Assembly (NCBI GenBank): GCA_031411295.1
Contig: JANOAV010000164.1
Location: 1-55,269 of the forward strand
From: Verrucomicrobiales bacterium
GTDB lineage: Bacteria > Verrucomicrobiota > Verrucomicrobiia > Verrucomicrobiales > V1-33
DNA: 55,269 nt
Reading direction: 5' to 3'
The notes under the pieces were generated by a model, which was not told the DNA's origin, made no database searches, and saw nothing but the letters and a program-made list of their open reading frames with translations. This document shows, in pieces, positions 49,578 to 55,269 of the stretch. How positions within the stretch are numbered: the stretch's first letter is position 1; each line of letters starts with the position of its first letter. Made by a program: the position numbers and the translations under genes.

Positions 49578-50882
49578 ATGCGATACGACGGGCTGAGCCG
49601 GCGGATTGCCAAGAAAGTGGAGCAACAAAATGCTGTCACTCTGATCTGGACGGTGGTAGAATACCAAGGCTATCTCTACGATGGCTGGAACTGCATTATG
49701 TGTGTGCGCTTGAATAACGATGCTACTGCTTCTACCCCACCGACCGTGCGGGGACGGTTGGCTAGTTACGTCTGGGGACCGGATATCGGCAGCAGTTCCC
49801 GTCAGGGTGCCAATTGGCAAACGGTTGGTGGCGTGGGTGGATTACTCTTCGTCAGCCAAGGAACGAACGTGGATACCAGCTACACCGGAACCCCCGCCTA
49901 CGATGCCTTCTATGCCGCTTCCTTCTTCCCGCTGTGGGATCGGATGGGCAATATCACCGGCTATCGCAAAGCCAGCACCAGCACCACAGACAGCGCCCTA
50001 GCCACCACCGGAGCCATGCTAGACTACGACGCCTTCGGCAAAGAAATCCGCAGCAGCGGCCCCGCCGCAGATAAGATTCCCTTCCACTTCAGCAGCAAAT
50101 TCACGGATATCGAAACCGGGCTGAATTACTACGGGTATCGGTATTACGATCCAGGGAATGGAAGGTGGCTGGGGCGGGATCCGATTGGGGAACAGGGTGG
50201 AGAGAATTTGTATGGGATGGTGGGGAATAACTTGAATCTAACTCTAGATGTCCTTGGTTTGACGGGGTGCTCCGCCAAGAAACCACCGCCGAGTTCAACA
50301 CGCACTGCAGATGGGACGTGCAGTTGTGACATACTAATCTATTTTGGACATGCTGGAAATTCTGCGAATTTTTGGATTGACTTCAAAAAGAAATTTCCTA
50401 AAGCTTTTGAGACTATTACTTTCGGGGACATGGAATGTGGGGAAGCTGGTAACGATGGCATGAATAAACAAGGTAGACCTCCTCACCCCATAGCAACTTT
50501 CCCAGAATTCCCAGACGGTAAGTGGACTTTTGGTCGGCCAGATAGTAAGGATGCTCCATGGAGTTGGGATAAGTCTAGGCCAGACTGTATTGATCCGAAA
50601 ATTTGGGACAAAAATAAGGATTTTCATTCGCGTTGGGTTGTCGAGGACGCGATAAAGAGTGCAAACAAATCCGCAGAAGATTTGTGTTCAAAAAATAGCT
50701 GTTCAACTGTTAAAATTGAATTGGTGTTAGATCCTGGATTCTTGACGCCAAACGAATTTTTCGGACAGATTGATGCTGTTAAGGGAAGGGATGCTAAGGG
50801 TAATGTTAAAAATTGGCTTAGGGATACTAAGCCAGAAATAAAAGGTAATAATATAATATGGACACAAAAATGCAATCCATAA
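49578..50882 (+). CDS. Orphan Rhs core fragment with a C-terminal toxin domain
   Basis: YDGLSRR, PFHFSSKFTDIETGLNYYGYRYYDP..GRWL.RDPIGE.GG.NLY, DVLGL, then an AT-rich variable C-terminus. Confidence 0.9.
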   Translation: MRYDGLSRRIAKKVEQQNAVTLIWTVVEYQGYLYDGWNCIMCVRLNNDATASTPPTVRGRLASYVWGPDIGSSSRQGANWQTVGGVGGLLFVSQGTNVDTSYTGTPAYDAFYAASFFPLWDRMGNITGYRKASTSTTDSALATTGAMLDYDAFGKEIRSSGPAADKIPFHFSSKFTDIETGLNYYGYRYYDPGNGRWLGRDPIGEQGGENLYGMVGNNLNLTLDVLGLTGCSAKKPPPSSTRTADGTCSCDILIYFGHAGNSANFWIDFKKKFPKAFETITFGDMECGEAGNDGMNKQGRPPHPIATFPEFPDGKWTFGRPDSKDAPWSWDKSRPDCIDPKIWDKNKDFHSRWVVEDAIKSANKSAEDLCSKNSCSTVKIELVLDPGFLTPNEFFGQIDAVKGRDAKGNVKNWLRDTKPEIKGNNIIWTQKCNP

Positions 50883-51526
50883 CATTTTCCGCGAAGCTAG
50901 TTGTTGTAGTAATGGTTGGGGTAATTCTCTCTTTGGTGTTATTTGTTTATTTCGCTTTACCCTGGATTGCACCGATCGTCACTGCTCGCTATTCGCCTTT
51001 TCTTGAAAAAGTGATGGAAACTCAGCTTAGGTGCGCCAAACAACCTGAAGGGGAGGCAGTGCTAGGCGCCGTTTTAGAGAGGATCAAAGGCCGGGATGGG
51101 CCGATAATAATATCGAAAATGATTGAAAATTATAGAGTGGGGGATGTCGAATCTAAGCGGAGAGTTGTAAGAGAGCTTCTCCGAGTAGCGGGTGATTCAA
51201 TGGAAGTAAGAGGAACGGAAATGTTACTTTTGTTCTTCAGAGAGGTGGTGAACTCTTCGGTGGAGGAGTCATCCGCCGAAGCGTGCTTGGCCTTGGCGAT
51301 TATGGGGGATGAGGCTAGTTTCGACGTCGTCGCAAAGAGAGGAGCTAATTACGCTAACCTGGAGGCTAGGAAGGATTGGTTGCGCTCATTAAAATATTTT
51401 AAGCACAGTGGGGCATTGGAATTGCTGCTAATGGAGTGCAATTCTAGTGAGAAGGTGCTGCAAGAAAAAGCAAGAGAAGGCATTGCTTATAAGTATGGCA
51501 CCACGGGAATTCATGGGGTGGATTGA
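50858..51526 (+). CDS. Putative Rhs immunity protein (N-terminal TM, helical repeats)
   Basis: Overlaps the Rhs stop, has the same low GC, and is helical (HEAT-like). Confidence 0.6.
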   Translation: MDTKMQSITFSAKLVVVVMVGVILSLVLFVYFALPWIAPIVTARYSPFLEKVMETQLRCAKQPEGEAVLGAVLERIKGRDGPIIISKMIENYRVGDVESKRRVVRELLRVAGDSMEVRGTEMLLLFFREVVNSSVEESSAEACLALAIMGDEASFDVVAKRGANYANLEARKDWLRSLKYFKHSGALELLLMECNSSEKVLQEKAREGIAYKYGTTGIHGVD

Positions 51527-51544
51527 GACAGGTGAAATGTCTAG

Positions 51545-51569
51545 TTTTCCATGAAGGCAAGACGGGCCA
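51545..51569 (+). repeat. TTTTCCATGAAGGCAAGACGGGCCA motif after the immunity gene
   Basis: Differs by one base from 54656-54680. Confidence 0.75.
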
Positions 51570-51942
51570 CGACGTTTACGGTTTGTGAAATTCAACTTTC
51601 CGAAATCCATGCGTGGGCTTTGCATGCCCCGGCCGACGCCAGTGCGCGGATCGTGAGTCCAGAAGTTCCCGAGAATCTACGAGCCGCCACTACGACAACA
51701 GGGGCCGCAGTTGTTGGAGGAAATCAGCGGCCTTGTCAGCAAAGGATCGTCAGCGTCATGCCGGGGACAGGTAGGCAAGTCGGGGGCGGGTGGTAGATTC
51801 TGGGATGCTTGCTTTCTTTCACCAACCCGGCCCTCCTCCCTGCGGGAGTGTTCTGCCGGCAACATATCTGTCATATCAATCCAATATGACACTTATCATC
51901 TCCTCCCATCGCTGCTTTCTGTTCTGGAGCGATGGCTTGGGG

Positions 51943-53634
51943 TTATGCGGCTTGCGCTGGGGTGGCGCGATGGGTGACCGGGCGTGTCTCAGTATAGCAC
52001 AGGGGCTGGCTTGGTTTAGCTTTGGCGTAGGCGGCGGGGAGCCAGGCGCTTTGCTGCGGCGTGACCAGGCTGGGCAGGGCTTCGAAGAGGTCTTCGAGGT
52101 ATTTAAAGGGGTCCAAGCCATGCACCTTGGCGGTGGCGATGAGGCTGTAATACCCGGCACTGACTTGCCCGCTTTCTCCGGGGCCGAAGAAAAGGTAGTT
52201 TTTTTTGCCCACGGCGGTGGGCCGGATCTCACGCTCGACGGCGTTGTTATCGATGGGGAGGTGCCCGTGCGCGAGCACCGGCAGCAGGTCAGCCCATTGG
52301 CCGAGGGCATAATTGATAGCTTGGCCCATCTTGCTTTGCGGCAGGTGGGTTTGCTTGCTTACGTATCGGTCGAGGAGTTTTTTGAGGCGGTCGTAGATCG
52401 GTTGGCTTTCCACTTCCCTTCGCAATTTTATTTGTTTGGGACTGGCCCGGTCTGCTTTGAGCCGGGCTTCGATGTCGTAGAGCAGTTGGATCTGTTGGAG
52501 AATGAAGTTGGTGGCGGCGGGCGCGTGGTCTTTGGCTTCGTAAAATTTCCTCCTCACGTGGGCGAGGCAGGCGCAAAGTATGATGTTTTTGGGGCGGTCT
52601 TTGCGCAGTTTGTCATAAACGGCGTAGCCGTCGCACATGATGTGGCCGCTCCAATTTTCCGGCAGCAGTTCTGCCAGCACTTTGGCCCCCCGGCTGGTGG
52701 ACCAGTGGCAGTAGGTGCCGATGCCGGGGGCGTGGATAACCCACAGGTAGCCTTGTTTGGTCTGGCCGTTGCCGGGGCAAAGGTATTTAATCGGTGTTTC
52801 GTCGATGTGCAGGAAGTTGCTCCGCAAGATCGCGCTCTTAAGGTCACTGAGGATGCCGGGGAGCCAGACTTCATGGGCCATGCCCGCCCAGCGGCACATG
52901 GTTTGGCGCGGCAAGTAGATGCCGTGGCGGGTTTTATAGATTTGTTCCTGCCGATAAAATGGAAGATGGTCGGCGTATTTGCTGGTGATAATATAAGCAA
53001 GGGTGCTGGCGCTAACGTGACTGTCTTCCTGGAGGGTGGCCAGCGGGGCAATGATGGGGGCGCTGGCGCTGGGCTCGGTCAGGTCTTTGATGACGGGGAC
53101 GAAGACGGGGCGGCGGATGATGAGCTTGCTAAACTGCGCCGGGGTGATGTGGAGCAACTCGGTCTCTGCTTCGCGGATTTTGCGATAGGCGTCGGGCCTG
53201 GCGATGACTTCGGCGGGAAGGATTTCGCGCTGAATGACGGGGCAGGCTGGCGGGAAGATAAACTGGGGGCGACCGGCGGACTTTTTTCTAGCGGCGGCCC
53301 CGGCGGGCTTTGGGGGCAGATTGGAAGCGGGCGGTGGAGGTTGCGCCGTGAAGTCCGCCGCGGTGGCCAGTGCACCAGCGAGGAAGCCCGGGAGCAGGAG
53401 TTCGCCCGGGTTCACGGAAGTGAAACGTTCGCTCTTTTGGCCGTGGAGTTGTTTGTTGAGATACTTTACCTGGGTGAGAAGGGTGTCGATCTGTTGCTGC
53501 TGCTGCGCGATGGTCTGCAAAAAGTGAGCGCGTTCAGTTTGCCACGCTTGGCGGTGTTGCTCCCACGTCGCCACCAACTCCTGCCAATTGGCGGGAGGGG
53601 CTGCGGAAGTGGGATCGGGCGCGTCGGGTGTCAT
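51943..53634 (-). CDS. tnpC: IS66 DDE transposase
   Basis: KYADHLPFYRQ, HIDETP, CDGY..Y, CLAHVRRKF, IDNNAVEREIRP. Confidence 0.95.
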   Translation of the reverse strand: MTPDAPDPTSAAPPANWQELVATWEQHRQAWQTERAHFLQTIAQQQQQIDTLLTQVKYLNKQLHGQKSERFTSVNPGELLLPGFLAGALATAADFTAQPPPPASNLPPKPAGAAARKKSAGRPQFIFPPACPVIQREILPAEVIARPDAYRKIREAETELLHITPAQFSKLIIRRPVFVPVIKDLTEPSASAPIIAPLATLQEDSHVSASTLAYIITSKYADHLPFYRQEQIYKTRHGIYLPRQTMCRWAGMAHEVWLPGILSDLKSAILRSNFLHIDETPIKYLCPGNGQTKQGYLWVIHAPGIGTYCHWSTSRGAKVLAELLPENWSGHIMCDGYAVYDKLRKDRPKNIILCACLAHVRRKFYEAKDHAPAATNFILQQIQLLYDIEARLKADRASPKQIKLRREVESQPIYDRLKKLLDRYVSKQTHLPQSKMGQAINYALGQWADLLPVLAHGHLPIDNNAVEREIRPTAVGKKNYLFFGPGESGQVSAGYYSLIATAKVHGLDPFKYLEDLFEALPSLVTPQQSAWLPAAYAKAKPSQPLCYTETRPVTHRATPAQAA

Positions 53635-53740
53635 GGAATGCTTATGTAAGCATTCCCTATAGATAAACGCAATTTAAAAGAACATAAATCTTTACGCAAA
53701 TAACATGGGTATTAATGCGCTTTTTATAAAAACAATTCCG

Positions 53741-54097
53741 TTAGGTGGACTTATCATACCAGGCCCGATGGCTGCCTTGCTTGAGTTCCACGCCATCGGT
53801 CAGCATGGCGAAGGCGGTGGCAGAGAGTTGGAGTTTGGTGTCGGTGGGCTCGGGTGATTGCGGCCAGGAGAAGGTGCCCTTTTCCAAGCGCTTGGCCATC
53901 AACCAGAGGCCGCTGCCGTCCCAGTAAAGGACCTTGATGCGGGTGCGCGGCTTGTTGGTAAAGACGAAGAGGGTGCCGGTGCGCACGTCCTCTTTCAAGT
54001 CCTGAGCGATGAGTCCGAGCAGACCATCGTAACCGCGCCGCATATCGCACGGAGTCAGGGCGATAAGGATGCGCAGGCTGCCAGTAAAACTAAGCAT
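53741..54097 (-). CDS. tnpB: IS66 accessory protein TnpB
   Basis: DMRRGYDGL, LFVF.N..R..IKVLYWD.SG..L..KRLEKGTF.WP. Confidence 0.95.
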   Translation of the reverse strand: MLSFTGSLRILIALTPCDMRRGYDGLLGLIAQDLKEDVRTGTLFVFTNKPRTRIKVLYWDGSGLWLMAKRLEKGTFSWPQSPEPTDTKLQLSATAFAMLTDGVELKQGSHRAWYDKST

Positions 54098-54554
54098 AAA
54101 ATTTAGGCTGCGAGGTGGTGCCGGCCAGCAGGGTGATGAGTTGGGCCGCCAGGGGGAGTTGGGATTCGTGGCTCAGGGTAAGCTTGACGCCATGGGGAAA
54201 TTCCAAACAACACGCGCCCTGACCTGAGGTCGGCTGCTGCGGCAGCACGGCCTCGACCCAGCGCAGGGACGATGACTCCGGCGGACCGCCCTCTGATCCC
54301 ACACCGGCAGCAGAGGCCCTGCGTCGCTTCTGCACCCATGCCGCAAAGGTGGGGTATTTGATCCCATGCGCAGCAGCAAAGGCTTTGGCCGAAAGGGTTC
54401 CGCGTTCGTGAAGATCGAGCAAAGCCGCGCGCTGGGCCGCCGGAGTGCGCACTCGAAAGAGTGTATCGGTTTTGAGAAGTTGGAGACGGGGTGGTGAGGT
54501 GGTGTCAGTGGATGTGGTCATCCGGTAACTTTGCATCAAAGCGGCGTGATCCAC
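54090..54554 (-). CDS. tnpA: IS66 accessory protein TnpA (HTH)
   Basis: LSAKAFAAAHGIKYPTFAAWV HTH, first gene in the IS66 operon. Start may be ATG 54521. Confidence 0.85.
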   Translation of the reverse strand: MDHAALMQSYRMTTSTDTTSPPRLQLLKTDTLFRVRTPAAQRAALLDLHERGTLSAKAFAAAHGIKYPTFAAWVQKRRRASAAGVGSEGGPPESSSLRWVEAVLPQQPTSGQGACCLEFPHGVKLTLSHESQLPLAAQLITLLAGTTSQPKFYA

Positions 54555-54592
54555 CAGATGTCCCCGGCATGACGCTTACAAAGGATCGGTGG

Positions 54593-54715
54593 TGAAGGCA
54601 AGACGAGCCATGAAGGCAAGACGAGCCAGGCTTATTACACACTCACGTAAGTTGATTTTCCATGAAGGCAAGACGAGCCAGGCCTAATACCCACTCACGT
54701 AAGTTGATTTTCCAT
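54593..54715 (+). repeat. Array of TGAAGGCAAGACGAGCCA motifs with two 52-bp direct repeats upstream of the Y1 transposase
   Basis: 18-mer at 54593, 54611 and 54663; 52-bp units at 54609-54660 and 54661-54712. Confidence 0.9.
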
Positions 54716-54741
54716 AATTTTCGCCTATGAAGGTCAACATT

Positions 54742-55269
54742 ATGAGAGTCCCTAGAATTTCCTTTCCCGAGAACACTTCGGTCCACCACGTGATCGTCCG
54801 TTGTGTCGCTGGTGCGTTTTTGCTGGGGGATGATGAGAAGGAGGTTTTGCGGTCGCAATTGGAGAAGACGGCTCGTTTTTGCGGGGTGGAGGTTTTGGCT
54901 TATGTGTTCATGAGTAATCACTATCATTTGCTGGTGCGGGTGCCGGAATTGGTGGCTCGGGATGGACTGGGGCGGGAAGTGATTTTAGAGCGGATTGGGG
55001 CTCTGTATGGGTCGAGGGTGCGCAAGGAATTGCTGGCGGAATTGGATTCGGAGAATCAAGGGGTGGCCTTTGCAGCGAAGGGTCGGCTGGAACGGTATCG
55101 GGCGCTGATGGGGGATCTTTCGCAGTTTATGAAGCTGTATAAGATGCGGTTTTCTCGTTGGTATAACAGCACGCATGGTCGGTTCGGCACGCTGTGGGCG
55201 GAGCGTTTCAAGAGTTTGGTGGTGGAGGATTCTGCGGAGGCGGTGCAGGCGTTGGCGGCTTACATTGAC
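54742..55269 (+). CDS. Y1 HUH transposase (IS200/RAYT-like), 3'-truncated by the window
   Basis: Manual translation: MRVPRI...HHVIVRC...LAYVFMSNHYHLL...LSQFMK...GTLWAERFKS...AAYID (HUH plus likely catalytic Tyr). Not in the ORF track. Alternative ATG at 54727. Confidence 0.9.
   Translation, partial: MRVPRISFPENTSVHHVIVRCVAGAFLLGDDEKEVLRSQLEKTARFCGVEVLAYVFMSNHYHLLVRVPELVARDGLGREVILERIGALYGSRVRKELLAELDSENQGVAFAAKGRLERYRALMGDLSQFMKLYKMRFSRWYNSTHGRFGTLWAERFKSLVVEDSAEAVQALAAYID

Larger units (their letters stand above)
51749..54579 (-). mobile_element. Complete IS66-family insertion sequence
   Basis: IRs GTCAGCGTCATGCCGGGGACA (51749-51769) and the reverse complement of GTAAGCGTCATGCCGGGGACA (ending 54579). 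8-bp TSD AAAGGATC at 51741-51748 and 54580-54587. Contains tnpA/B/C. Confidence 0.97.

Noticed and set aside
51790..53649. 619-aa plus-strand ORF
   Set aside because: Antisense shadow of IS66 tnpC with no recognisable motifs.
53741..54097. TnpB as an RNA-guided nuclease partner of the nearby Y1 transposase
   Set aside because: This is the small IS66 accessory TnpB, unrelated to IS605 RuvC TnpB.
54593..54715. Possible CRISPR array
   Set aside because: The sequences between repeats are near-identical rather than unique spacers, there are only 2-3 units, and no cas genes are present.

Overview
GC-rich bacterial window. PEP-CTERM, sulfatases, a CotH/LTD protein and giant SdrD-B/GEVED surface proteins suggest Verrucomicrobiota/PVC (inference). 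Backbone genes: lon, upp, pyrC, two sulfatases, a Tat-exported Mo-oxidoreductase, a CHASE2 cyclase, a cNMP-domain ABC exporter and three very large secreted proteins. Three accessory zones interrupt them. (1) About 12.7-20.9 kb: a co-oriented candidate immune/conflict locus with a stand-alone SLOG, a pseudokinase-TIR-TM receptor-like protein, a DUF4062 stub, a Zn-ribbon NDT-like protein, a pseudokinase with a TIR domain behind a single in-frame TGA, and RyR-2xSLATT. (2) About 22.9-26.1 kb: gene remnants (moaC 3' end, HNH 5' end, kinase middle, truncated protease), an integron attC-like hairpin and a Panacea/PemK-like TA pair. (3) About 48.6-55.3 kb: an orphan Rhs toxin/immunity pair, a complete IS66 with an 8-bp target duplication, and a Y1-HUH (RAYT-like) transposase missing from the ORF track. 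A repeated AAGGCAAGACG[A/G]GCCA motif brackets these modules. Several distinct REP-like palindrome families occur in intergenic DNA. I recognised no rRNA, tRNA or CRISPR array. All domain calls come from motif reading by eye, not from database searches.
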